From: Selaginella moellendorffii
Lineage: Eukaryota; Plantae; Lycopodiophyta
Assembly: GCF_000143415.4 (NCBI RefSeq)
Contig: NW_003314261.1
Location: 5,606,360-5,670,359, forward strand
Direction of reading: 5' to 3'
Length of the DNA stretch: 64,000 bases
Each line of letters begins with the position of its first letter. Position 1 is the first letter of the stretch. The notes beneath the pieces were generated by a model. That model saw nothing but the letters and a program-made list of their open reading frames with translations, did no database searches and was not told the origin of the DNA. A program made the position numbers and the translations under genes. This document shows positions 1 through 12,619 of this stretch, one piece after another.

Positions 1-3000
1 CCAAAACTTCGACAATGGAGAAGAGCTTTCCTGTGTGTACTGTAAGAACGACAGCGTCTTGTAGCGCGCCGGGACTCACAGGGCCACTAGCTGTGTAAAT
101 AAGACCGGTATCGGGTCTCTCCATACAGACCTCGGTCTTGTTCAGCTCGGAGCACAGACTTGGTAGCAACTTGGCAGCGTCTGCACAGCGTGTTACGATG
201 TTCCAGTCGATATCACAGCTCCCATCAAGAATAGGTAGCAACAAGTACGTCTCCGACCACAATTCATTCGCTTTCTCAGTGGAGGAAAGCAAGCACGTTG
301 CCAGTGTCCTGTCGTTCTTATCCTCCCGAAACACCAACCTGCTGAACGCTCCGTTAAACATGATCTCTTGATAAGCTTTCGCTGCAGCAAGCTGGTGACA
401 GCAACAATATAACATCAATAGTAAACAAACAAAGCAAGGCATGATCCCATACCTGGACAGAGTCTACCCGACGTTGCCCAGCAGAGGAAAGTTTCGCTTT
501 CACAGCTCTGTTCTTGGTGAGATAGAGATTAACTTCAATATTCCCGACGTCGTCGTCAAGGGCGGCATCAAATAAAAGACCAAAATTTGTATACGTTGAG
601 CCATTCTCCTCCGGATGGAATATGAGAGCATAGATATGCAAAACTATGTCCGTCGAGGTCGTTATCCATTGTCTCTGGTAAGTAGTGGACTTGATAGACG
701 GAAATAGCTCCTTGAGCTTCGTAGAGCCTGCCTTCACAAGAACCAGGTAAGTAAAGTAAAGAAACACATAAGAACCAGAGTACCTAGTCCCGGACCCTCC
801 GAAGCCATCTTTTCTTCGCGGACCTCAGGTGGATGTCGTTCGCCTAGTGCCCCCAAAGCGTCCAGCTGCCGGCATGCCTCAAGACATGCTACCTTCTTCG
901 CAAGCTGCTTGTTTCGCTTTGGAAGCCCTGTGAGTACATGAAGAGGGGCATTCGGAGGAAACGTTATTGTACACGAGAACAACTCCTCGTTATCAGATTC
1001 ACATTTAGTGACTTCGATTTCTGGTTTGGGATTGTAGAATCTGCAATAAAAGTTTGTCAATCTATAACGTTTAGATATCAATACTCTCAGACCTGTCCCC
1101 TGGGAGTTGGCTGCAGTATCTGTAGATAAAAGATACTGCACCATCGGTGCTAATGCATGCTCCAGAGGTCGTGTAGAAGAAGTCCAAGTCCGCGTCGATC
1201 AATGGCGTTATTTCAATAGTTTTGCTCATTCGGGATAATGCTTCGGCCCTCATAAGCTCCTCACTGTTTACCAGTTCCATCAGCAGGCTCTCCTGCTCCA
1301 GGTTACCCCTGATAATGTACGGTGAGAACTTTGCATATTAAAAAAAGAACATCAAACCTTTCAAGAAGAAACATATAGGTTGCGTCTCGTTTCCGTCCCC
1401 GGCCACGCGACTGAATAAAGCTCCTTAGGGTGCGACAAATATCAAACCTCACGACGCAATTGCACGACTGCACGTCGAGACCCTCCTCGGCAACTGATGT
1501 GCAGATTAACACATTCAACTGCTTACAAAAATGAGAACGCATGAAAAGAAAGATCGCTCCTTACCTCCCCACTTTTGAAAGCCTTCACTGTTTCTACATG
1601 CTTCGTGGTGTTGCCATCGGCAGTCACCCCTACAATGTAGCCAGTGCGGCAAAAATCGATAGCTTTAAAGGTGCTCAGGAGCCTGGCAAGCACCTGTGTC
1701 ACGACCACTCTCTCAACAAAAATCATGCATCGAAAAGGCTCAACATTTCTGCCAGAACCAAACAAACAAAAAATCAAACCATTGTATAAACGCTGGCCAA
1801 ATGTCTACCTGTATCTCACTAGAATTTTGAGTAATGCTTTAACTTTTGAAGTTATTAACCCAGAATTGACAGCCTTTTTGGCATCCTCGGGGCTTGATAT
1901 GCTGCTGACGGAGTCTAGGACAGGAAGTCAGTTAAAATTGCTGAAAGACATCTCACAAACCTCCAGGCACAAAACTCTTCAAGATGTTGTAAGCTTCTTT
2001 CAAAAACCTTTGTTCGTCATTCTTATCCTCATTCTCCACTGAGGGTTTCGTACCCTCTGGATCAATTTTTAGAAGTACCTCAACAGCCTGCAACACATAA
2101 GTGAGACCAAAACAGCTAAAAAATGTAGTTTTTTCACCAGGACGGCGCTCCACAAACCAAGGTCGAGAAGGCAGCTTGTGATCGCATTATATAGGTTTGA
2201 AAACTTGGAACGTTTTTTATTTTCGTCGCTTAACTGACATGTGCCGACACAGCTGCTTTGCTGATACTGCAATAACCACGTAAAACACAGACAGATAGAC
2301 AATGACATTTACCTTGTCTAACAAATCAGTGAGGCATCTGCGCAATTCTTTAAAACAATGGTGAGCTTTGTCGTAGTATAAGTTTCGGTAAAAAGGAGTT
2401 GGCACTTTCTCTTCAAGCTCTGCTCGAGATGTTATTGTGTAAATCTAGAAAAGCCAGCACTTAGTTTGAAATTAAAACACGCAAAAAATATATTACCTTG
2501 GAGTCTAAAAGGCTCTCAAGATCTCTCATCTCCTTGCAAAGCTTCCCATCCTCACAGGTAGAGACTACGTAGATCACGTTAGAGAGATTTGTAAAAGCTC
2601 ACTGTTGTACCTTTCGTTGCGACGAGAGATCCAGTCATTCCAAAAATTCTCGGTTTAAGTTTCGACGTCGAAGTATGATAGTAAGTCTGGAAACAAAACA
2701 GCGAGTAAGAATCCAGGAGAGAGCACGAGGCATACCTTCATGACCGAAGCATATGGATGGTTATTTTGAGCCCTGTGGCACTCGTCAAAAATCAAAACTT
2801 CGATCATTTCCATTCTGATTGCCGATAGCTGGAGCGAGTTAAACAGAACTTGCGCGGTCATCACTAACACCTGAAAAGAGAATTTCGATCGACAAGGCCA
2901 CAAGAGCTGGCAACGCCAGTACCTGATGCGAATCAATCTCCTCGCTCCATTTTCTAACGTCCCAAGTATCCATCTGGCCGCCATGATAAATCCCCACCTT

Positions 3001-3523
3001 TAAACGTGTGCTTGACGATATAACGTTCGCTTGCTGCAAGAACAATGAGGTGAGGCCACACCACCGAAGATAGCAAAAGACACTAAAGAGTTACACTACC
3101 TGATCAGCAAGAGCCACAGTCGGAGTGAGAAAAACACCGATGCGCTTCTCCTCGGGCATCGAGAGACGATCCGCTAGCTTATTGAAGAGCATCGCGGCAA
3201 TGTGTGTCTTCCCAGCCCCGGTCTCAAGGAAAACAATTGTGTTCTCCTTCAAAACTTTCTCAAGAACTTCCAGCTGATAGCTGCCATGCAATGCACAGAA
3301 AACGAACAATGTGAGCGAAACTACTCGCGCTCAAGAGCAGCGCTCACCTCCTCGGCTCAAAATCCACCACAGCAGGCCTTGCAACTTGAGCAGCTGGAGC
3401 AGCGATTATCTCGCATTTCTCAGTGACTTCGATCTTCGATTTCTTAGCCTTGGATGCCTGCTTCTCCGCCTTGCGCTTCTTACTCTTGAGAACCAGCGGA
3501 TCATCTTCATCAGGAATTTCCAT
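1..3523 (-). CDS. DCL: Dicer-like RNase III, 5' part (DExD/H helicase, helicase-C, DUF283 dsRBD-like, start of platform); runs off the window edge; divergent, tentatively DCL3-like
   Basis: Multi-exon. ATG at 3523 ([23 protein letters not shown]|[29 protein letters not shown]). Motifs [37 protein letters not shown] and DUF283-like [34 protein letters not shown]. Confidence 0.92.
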
Positions 3524-3636
3524 CGCTTCCTGGCCTGCCCGGAGTGCGAGCTAATGATAATTTTTCAGGGGAAAATCGACCATGACCTAGTCTAGCCCAG
3601 AACGTAGTGGAATATTCTCCCGGAACCTTCTCTTGA

Positions 3637-5384
3637 TTAAAACACCAGTACTTGCTTTGGTACGCTCCCTTCTTTCCCCAGTGCCTTTCTCAAGGCTCTC
3701 TCGAAGTCCTCAAAACCAATCTTTTCAGTGCTGCCAGGAAGGAGAAAGAGAGCCTAGAAATTAGCAACAAGGAAGAAAGAAAGCTTACACGTATTTAAGC
3801 CTTCCTGCTTGGACAAGCTCGATCAAACTCGACGCCATCGCCACCATCTCCTCTCTCTTGTGTTCCTGGATCCATTTCTGGAGCCAAAATCCACGAAGCC
3901 GAATATCCTGAGTGACTCGAAACTTGGTTAGTTTTTTGCGAGCACAAAAACTTTTCATTCTTTTCTCCCGTACCTTGAAGATGAATGCTGTCGTCGATAC
4001 TATGACTGGTTTCTTTGACATTCCACCATACGTGACCATTGTACCGCTGGGCCTGGAATTGTTTGGTATTTGGTTAGGACTGGAAAACCAGATTTTTACG
4101 TACGCCAGGAGCTTTAAGACGGCACCGGCAGATGCTCCACCGATGCAGTTGAGTCCCAGCTTTGGAGTCCCGCGATTAGCCTGTTTCCTCGAACTGCTTA
4201 GAGCAATGTCTTAAGAAAGTGATAGCATGCTTACCAAGATGTCCTTGGAGCCGGGAGAATCGAACTGGCTGTCTAACACGACCTCGGTGGCGCCCAGATT
4301 CATCAGCTTTTCTTTTGCTTCTTCGATTCCCGGTCTAAAACCAAAAGAAAAATAAAGAGAAGGAACACGCATGAAAGTACGCATTGTGTTATGAAGAGTG
4401 ATGAAGTTGCACGAACCTGTCACGAACGATATTTATTGTTTGTAGACCTTTCGCATGAGCAATCTGTATCACGCACTGCCCGACCATGCTCGTGGCTCCA
4501 TTTTGCACCACGACGTCCCCTGGAGCGCATAAACCATTTGAACTACCAATACAATCAGTATTTTTAGTTTCAACAAAAAACACGATCGATCTTACCTGGT
4601 TCTAGAGCAGAAAAGTCCTCGAGCATTCTGAAAGCCGTGCACGGATTGACGGAGATGGTTGCCAGGTATTCGATCGGAACATCGTCCGGAACTTTACACC
4701 AGGAAGTTTCTTCCTTGAGTACATGAGTGCTCCAAGTTCCTACAAGCGAGACTCACGAGTAAAGCTGTGGAAACACAAGACAAAAGGTCTCTACCGACAC
4801 CGGAGTACGTTGGAATCACCCAGTCACCAACACGTAAATTTTCAACGTCCGATCCAACCAGCTCAACTTTTCCAACACCTTCTCCACCAGCAATTGCCGG
4901 TGGTGTAGGCCGCATTGGGTAAACTCCTGGAACAAAAAGCACAGGAAAAAAAAAAAAGACAATGAATCGAAGGCGGGAAAAAGCTGGAAACATGAAAATT
5001 CCATAAACCTGGGAATGAAAGCGAAAGAGAAGCGATAGATGATACGCTCTCGTCAAGAGAAGAAAAAATTCCTCTAAGCTTACTTGCCAGAAATTCCATA
5101 CCTTCGATTCTATTGATGTCCGATGGATTGATTGGCGCCGCAAGCATCTTCACACACACCTCCCGGCGATCGAGAGCACGCCCTGGAACATCCACAATCC
5201 TGGCGCCATAGCGAACAAAAATATTGCTCATCAAACAGACCGATCGAATCAATGCCTACTTGAGAACTTCATCGGGAGATCCATGGCGCTCATACACGGC
5301 AGCTCTTGCTGGCGGCGAGAAAGGAGCCGAGGAGAAGCCGCGAGTGCGAACAATCCTTGTCACATTCTTCCCGCGCCACACCAT
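3637..5384 (-). CDS. MECR: Mitochondrial trans-2-enoyl-CoA/ACP reductase (MECR/Etr1, MDR family)
   Basis: Spliced. Presequence-like N-terminus, then [16 protein letters not shown]|[41 protein letters not shown], ending KQVLVF*. Confidence 0.92.
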
Positions 5385-5595
5385 AGCTACTAAAACCCTA
5401 AGAGAAAGGGTTTAAACGAGATAGACCTTAGTTGAAGCAAGCAAATGATAGATTTTAGATGGTTTCTCAATACAAGAACTTATGCAAATAATTTTCTTTT
5501 CTTTTCCCGCAATATGTGTAGTGGTGAGGAGTGGAACTCTTTGCTCTTGTTGTCAGCATATCAATCATTAGTGTCACCGAAACTCCATCGAAATA

Positions 5596-7154
5596 TCACT
5601 TGGACGCCGCTGGCGAAGATCTGGAGCTCACTTTGGACGGGCCATTCGCCAAGATCTTCGCTCCCTCGGGAGAGTTGATATCCGACCAAGCATCGATCCA
5701 TTGCACCATGGCATCCGCGAGCTTGGCGAAGTAAGGATCCACGCCGTTAAGCTTGTCCTTGACTTGCTTGGCGAGCTCGATGTAGCAGTGCTCCACAGTG
5801 GTGCACTCCTTTGGGAGGCTCACCTTCTGGAAGAAGGGGATGATCTCCTCCTGCCAGAAGATCCCCTTGTACTCCTTCTTGAGGTTGACGAAGGGATTGC
5901 TCGCCTTGCTGTGCCAAATGTAAGGCAGGCCGGTCTTGACACCATAGCCAAGATGATCACAGATCACCTGTGTAAAAAGCAGAAAAATGCGGTAAAGCTC
6001 TTCGATCTGCCTAACTCAAGGACAAAAAGAGATTTTTTGCATACCTTGGCACACCATCCGGCCCACATATCGTCGTAGCGACCAATTGGCTGGCCGTCAC
6101 CCATGAGACCGAAGTACATAGCCGGCCCAATGAGCTCCCGGTTGAATCCCAAATTCATCCCACACATTGGAAACAAAGTTCCCTTGGGAATCGTCATCAC
6201 AGCGTCCACGTATCTGTAAAGCGGATCTTACATCAGTGACAACGATACGGAAAGGAAAGAACAGATCGCGATCAGAAAAAAAGCTACCTTGTGTTCCTTT
6301 CAGCTGGCTTTACTAGCTGCGTAGGAGCATCGTAATCCGGAATGTTGAGCCAGAGGCCGTGGGAGATGGCCGTCGTCACCCCCTCGCGAAGGCTGAAAGG
6401 ATAGCCTCGGACGAAATCGGTGCCTTCGCGGTATGGATCATACAACGTGTTGAAGAAGTACGGCGTCGAAGGGCTCAGCAAATTCTTGATGTGCTGCTCC
6501 AGAGCGTTGATATCCTTGCCGGAAGGATCCTTGGCAACCTGGGAAACATCAGATCTCACCGAGTTAGCTCCAAAAAGAGATTCTGTCTACCAGCAAGGCA
6601 CCAACAAACCAAAAAACTCGACTGTGCACCTAACTTAGCTGCAAGGAAAAATGCAGGAAGCCCGGATCTAGACAGCCACCAAACAGATCTAAGACTAAAG
6701 CGCTCAAGTGACCCCATCGACAGATCTATGGCACAGCCACCGAGATCTGAAAACTAATCCCAATTCTCATCAGCAGCATTGCCGAGGAGTCGTAAGATCT
6801 CAAAAACCAAGAAGGATAAAAAGACCAAAACTGGAAGAGTGAAGAGATCCAACTTACAAAACAATCGTCATCAATGGTGTAGATGTACTTCTTCTTGGAA
6901 ACCATGAAGCCAAAGCAGCGGCAGGCGCTATCCTTGAAGGAGATGCACGAAGCCTTGGCGCCCAGGACGCGATTGATGTCATTGCGGTTGTAGAGCTCGT
7001 AATCGAAGCCCTCGGGCACCTTGATCGTCTTGCTGGGATCCCCGTCCTGGACGATGATCAGATGGTAGGGCTGGAAGAAGGGCCGCCACATCTCCAGGAA
7101 ATCCAGGTTTCGGATCGTGGGGATGACGATGTCGAGCTCATCCTTGAGCGCCAT
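5596..7154 (-). CDS. RGP: Reversibly glycosylated polypeptide / UDP-arabinopyranose mutase (GT75)
   Basis: [79 protein letters not shown]; 4 exons. Confidence 0.96.
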
Positions 7155-7701
7155 GGCCGCCTCTGCCGCTGCCGCTGCCGCCGCCTGCTCAATCGATCGA
7201 TCCGGCGCGAGAAGTCGCCGCCAAGAGAGCGCAGATCTGGGAGGGAGAGGAATAAATGACCTAGGTAGCAGTGGGGACGAATTCGGCTGCTCCCTCCTCA
7301 GATTCTATTTACTCGGCTAAAAATGTTGACCGGCATATTCCAAGAGCATCCGATCGGGGGATATTCTCGCCGTATGCCAGTCACAGGTAGAAGGAAGGAG
7401 TTGCGAGGACCGATCGTGTTGTGCCAGTTCAATGCTGGAAGCGTGTGTTGTTGTTTAGCTACTTATTTTAGGGTTCTTGGACAGCGAGACAGGCGAAATT
7501 TTCTTCTTCGGTCGTTTGATCCGGACAGGGGAATGGGGCCACCACAGGAAGCGCGTTGCGGCACGCCAGCGTGCGGGCAAAGGCGGACGTCCTCATCGCG
7601 CGGTTCCGCGATTGGTCGATCGATCGATTCTTGATTTTGATTGTGCTCTGTCTCCCTAGGGCTTATGGCGGCTTGTTAGGGCTCGTCGGCTCTCTCTCGC
7701 A

Positions 7702-9154
7702 ATGGCGGCAGCTCCAGCGCTGCTCGTCTTCCTCCTCGTCTTTGCCGGATCGCTCTCGACCGCGCGAGCGATTTACTGCGGCGACGATGATTGCTACGAT
7801 CTCCTCGGGTAAGCATAATGTAGTAGGATCAGATCCATCCATAGTGGTTTTTCTTTCTTCTTTCGTTTGTTACAACGAAATTCTTTTCTTTCAGTGTAAC
7901 ACAGGCTGCTACTGGAGCCGAGATCAAGAAGGCTTACTACAAGCTCTCACTCAAATAGTAGGTGTGCTTCTCCGGTTTTTTCTTTTCAGCAGAGTTTCGG
8001 CTAACGCCACGCATTCCCGCAGTCATCCTGATAAGAATCCAGATCCAGATGCAAAGAAGCTCTTTGTGAAGATTGCCACTGCGTATGAGGTATGCCATGG
8101 TCGTGTTTCTGTTGTTTTCTCAAGCTGCGAACTTTTCTTTCAGATACTCAAAGACGATGTCAAGCGAGAGCAATACGATTACGCTATCGCGCATCCTGAA
8201 CAGGTGAATCTCTTACGTTTTTCTCTTGAACTTCCATGAACGAACTGCTGCCATTTACTGTGACAGTTTTTCTACAACACTGCTCGCTACTATCAAGCAT
8301 ACTATGGACCTCAAGCGGTAAGGCAATCTAATCACTTTCTTTTGTCAAATTGTGTCAACGGAAACACTTTTGTCAGGACCTGAGAATCGTCTTCGCCGGC
8401 CTACTTGTGATTTTGTCGGTCTTCCAGTATGGAAACCAGTGGACTAGGTACAAACAGGTATCTAAAAACTCGATTCTTTTGTTTCTTTCTCTTAGTGGGG
8501 GCTGTGCGGAGTAGATGATGGAACTTGTGAAGCAAACTCCAGCCTACAAAAACCGGTTGAAAGCATTGGAGCTGGAAAGAGGTGGCAGCACGAACAATAA
8601 GAAGAAAAGCAGCAAAACAAAGAGGTAACACATGCAGACACTTACGATATGCGTGGGCAAACTTGCGTTGTTTTTCTTTCCAGGGAGGATGCATCGAAGG
8701 AGATTAGTGAATCCCTGGAGCTGCACGTTGAAGGCATCGAGAGGCCATCTGTCTGGACATTGATTGCCGTTCGCTTCCTTCTGCTTCCTTACGCCTGCGG
8801 AAAGGTTTTTCTCCTCTTTTTTTCTGATTTGTTCTCTGACAAAACAAGCTGTTCGTTTGCAGTTGGCACTGTGGCAACTGCGATGGCTGTGGAGATATCA
8901 AGTGAAAAAGCTGGATCTTGCCTGGGACGACGCTGCATATCTCACCCGGCGCAGCCTAGGAATGCATTCAAAGGCCTGGAACAGCATGAGTAAGCCAGGC
9001 AAAACCGCCCTTTTATCATTTCTTTTGACCATTTCTCGCTGTATTTCCAGACGAACTCTCCAAGGAACAGCTCGTCTCGAAGCACTTGTGGATACGAGAA
9101 AACATGGAAGAATTTAGAACCGAAACGAGGAGAGAGTCAAGGCGCAGGCGATGA
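7702..9154 (+). CDS. ER-type DnaJ protein, DNAJC25-like
   Basis: Signal peptide MAAAPALLVFLLVFAGSLSTARA, then IYCGDDDCYDLLG, HPDKNPDP J-domain and transmembrane segments; TGA at 9152-9154. Confidence 0.88.
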
Positions 9155-9518
9155 CAAATCTCTTTTGTTTTCGTCGATAAGAGCGTTGTTTTGTTTTGTT
9201 TATCAAGATTCTTGACGTTGATCGACAAAAGATGCGAAAGAAGAGAGAGACCTTAAAACAATGTTATTAACAGCAGAGAAAAGCCACACAACTCCAATTA
9301 ATAGATTTAAAAAGAAGTAAAGAAAAATAAAAATGTGCCTAGCAGAAGGGGGACGAGGAAGGGAGAAACCACCCTACGATGAATAAATACTCCACCACTT
9401 TTGGACGGGTAAACCTGTGTGTAATGTGATGATGAGACGATGATCTTGTAGAAGCCGAGCACTGATCTTTCTCCTTTTCCCTGTTTTTCTTTGTTCGAAT
9501 TCCTGTGTTCTTCGCCTT

Positions 9519-10157
9519 TCAGATCTTGTCGATCTTGTCCGCCTTCACCACCGGGTTCGCCTTTGCAATCGCGTCCCTCCCCACGGACTTGTAGTCGTAT
9601 GTGCAATTGTGCTTGTCCGAGTAGCGATGGAGAGCGCAGTAGACGTTGCCGCAGCGGCAATTGAATCCCGTCAATCCCACCCTCTTGTTGCAAGCATTGC
9701 AGCGATTCGGCGGTCGCGAGCCGGATGCCTCCGGGGAAGTCACCAAGGCATCAGCCACGCCGTCACCGGACGAGGGATTCATCTCGGAAGAAGTAGTCAC
9801 AGCCTCTGGTAAAACGATCTGCTCGTCCAGTGCCACGCCTTGATCCATGCCAGTAGCGTTGGCGGTGGCGGTGGTGGCGGCGGCGATGGTGGCGGCGGTG
9901 GTGGCGGCGGCGGCTGTAGCGGCGGAAGAATTGTTGTTGGCGTTGGTGTTGTTGATGAGGAGCGGTAGCTGCTCTAGCGCGTTCTTGGCGGTGGACACCT
10001 TGGCCTGTGACAGAACCACGTCCCGGTAGCACTTGGAGCACAGATTCATCGTCGCCTTGCTGCCAAAGAAGCCGCAATTGTTGGCGCACAGAATCGGGCC
10101 CTCGGGTGGCTGGCACCCCGTCTCGTCCTGGTCACACTTCCAGCTCTCCTGTGCCAT
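9519..10157 (-). CDS. SAP: A20/AN1 zinc-finger stress-associated protein
   Basis: MAQESWK..LCANNCGFFGS..NLCSKCY (A20) and NRCNACNKRVGLTGFNCRCGNVYCALHRYSDKHNC (AN1); single coding exon. Confidence 0.96.
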   Translation of the reverse strand: MAQESWKCDQDETGCQPPEGPILCANNCGFFGSKATMNLCSKCYRDVVLSQAKVSTAKNALEQLPLLINNTNANNNSSAATAAAATTAATIAAATTATANATGMDQGVALDEQIVLPEAVTTSSEMNPSSGDGVADALVTSPEASGSRPPNRCNACNKRVGLTGFNCRCGNVYCALHRYSDKHNCTYDYKSVGRDAIAKANPVVKADKIDKI

Positions 10158-10917
10158 CGATCCCACAGGGAAGGAAGCGCTGCTGCTTCTGCTACCACTG
10201 CTACTGCTGCTGCTGCTGTTCCATCCCTCGATCCAGTTGAAGCTACCACCAATCAATTCTCCTCTCGACGTCTCACTCCCAATTCACGAGGTCGAATGCG
10301 TGGGACATCGCTGCGGCGAATGCGTGGGTTAGTTCCAAGGAACCTTTGAGCTCCACACAGCAAGGAAAAAGAGGAAAAAACAACAAAGAACAAAAAAAAA
10401 CCTAAGCACCACAAACAGTTACCAAAAAAATGCAAGACAAAGCGGTGCAATCCACCTCGCAATTCACAAATCTCTGGGACTGGAGCGGCGAGTACCTGGC
10501 GCGGATCTCTCGGGCGGCGCCGCGGCGGAATGGATCGCTGGCGCGCCGCTGGTGGGGGCGCGACTGGAAGAATCCTCTGGCGCCAGAGCAATCTCCAAAC
10601 CCTAGGGCGCGGGCGCGCGCGCTGGCGACGACGACGAGGAAACCCTTGCCCTTGCCCTGGCTATGGCGAATGGAGACGCAAACAAGTAGCCAAGCATATA
10701 TGAAAGAAAGCAGTCTTTTTAGAGGGGAGGGGCATTCTTTCAATACGTGGCATGGGCGGCCATGCTGACTCAGCATGCTCGATCGGAGGGGCGCCGATTC
10801 CTGACCGTTGGATCGTCCGGCATATTCCGCTTGGCTGTGCCGTCAGTTATCCTGACGGAATGTTCGTCTCCCTATTTAGGGCTTTTGGTTGTGGCTAGGG
10901 TTCCTCCGAGCTAGGTC

Positions 10918-12472
10918 ATGGCGGCGGTGCGGCGCGGCGGGAACGAAGATGGCGACCAGCACGTCGTCTTCGAGACGAGCGCCGGCGTCGAGGCGATCAC
11001 GCAGTTTGAGAAGATGGGGATCAACGAGAGCCTTCTCAGAGGTGTGTTTGAGTATGGATTCGAGCGGCCGTCGGCGATCCAGCAGAGGGCGCTCATTCCG
11101 ATCATGAGGGGCCGGGATGTCATAGCTCAAGCGCAATCCGGCACAGGCAAGACATCCATGATCGGCATTGCGGTGAATCAGCTCATTGACACTAGCGTGA
11201 GAGAGTAAGCTCTTTTTTCGCTTTTCTTGCGGGCAAGAGCTAAAAAATCCGATTTTTTCAGGGTCCAAGCGCTAGTTCTCTCGCCGACACGCGAGCTTGC
11301 CGACCAGACTGCCAAGGTCGTTCTAACACTGGGCAGCCACATGAACGTTCAAGCTCATACGTGTATCGGCGGTAAGAGTTTTAGCGAAGACATTAGAAAG
11401 CTCGAGCACGGAGTTCATGTCGTGTCTGGAACCCCGGGTCGTGTCTACGACATGCTCAAGCGCCGGACTTTCAGGACGAGACACGTCAAGATTTTAGTTC
11501 TGGTGCGTAAGTTTCTCTTTTCTTATTTATGGGTCTCATGCTTTTTGTGCTGCTTTCCAGGACGAATCAGATGAAATGCTCAGCAGGGGATTCAAAGAGC
11601 AAATCATCGATTGCTATCGCTACTTACCTCCGGATCTACAAGTTTGTATTTTTTCCTTTTTCGTCCATTTAGTTGGCGTGCTAATCGCTTTTTCCTGCGC
11701 ACAGGTGGTCCTTGTTTCCGCTACTCTACCGCATGAGATTCTTGAGATGACCAACAAGTTCATGACTGATCCTGTTCGCATCCTTGTCAAACGTGATGAG
11801 TTGACGCTAGAGGTGAGCCCGATTGCGAAAGTCCAGATATTTATTCATGGCATCTTGCGCAGGGAATCAAGCAGTTCTTCGTGGCTGTCGAGAAGGAGGA
11901 GTGGAAGTTTGACACGCTGTGCGACCTCTACGACACACTCACCATTACCCAGGCCGTGATCTTTTGCAACACGAAAAGGAAGGTGGAGTGGCTGTCGGAG
12001 AAGATGCGGAGCAGCAACTTTACCGTGTCGTCGATGCACGGAGAGATGCCGCAGAAAGAAAGGGATACCATCATGAAGGAGTTTCGTGAGGGACAAACGC
12101 GGGTGCTCATCACAACCGATGTCTGGGCTCGGGGTCTGGATGTACAACAGGTATGCGTGTGTTCTTCGAGTCTTTCTTTCGTTTCCTCTATGGGATTTAA
12201 CTTCTTTTCGTTTCCCAGGTCTCTCTGGTGATCAACTACGATCTTCCAAACAGCCGAGAGTTGTACATTCACAGGATTGGACGCTCTGGACGGTTCGGCA
12301 GAAAGGTAGTTTTACACAGGCCAAAGATTACAGATCATTACTCACACCATTGTTGCAGGGAGTAGCGATCAATTTCGTGAAGAACGATGACATTCGAATC
12401 CTCCGAGATATCGAGCAATACTACAGCACACAAGTCGATGAAATGCCAATGAATGTGGCCGACTTGATATGA
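10918..12472 (+). CDS. EIF4A3: DEAD-box RNA helicase eIF4A-III (exon junction complex core)
   Basis: [58 protein letters not shown]-terminal [10 protein letters not shown]. Confidence 0.96.
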
Positions 12473-12619
12473 GCGAGGCGAAAGAAGCTTACACTACTTT
12501 AACAAACTGGGCTTCCTCTCTTTTGTAATTTTACTGTGAAGAATTTTGTACTAGTTAGAGCTAAAGAAAATTTTGGAAAGGCTTTGTGTGTGGCCGTTAA
12601 GGCGCTAGGGTTTGTGGGA

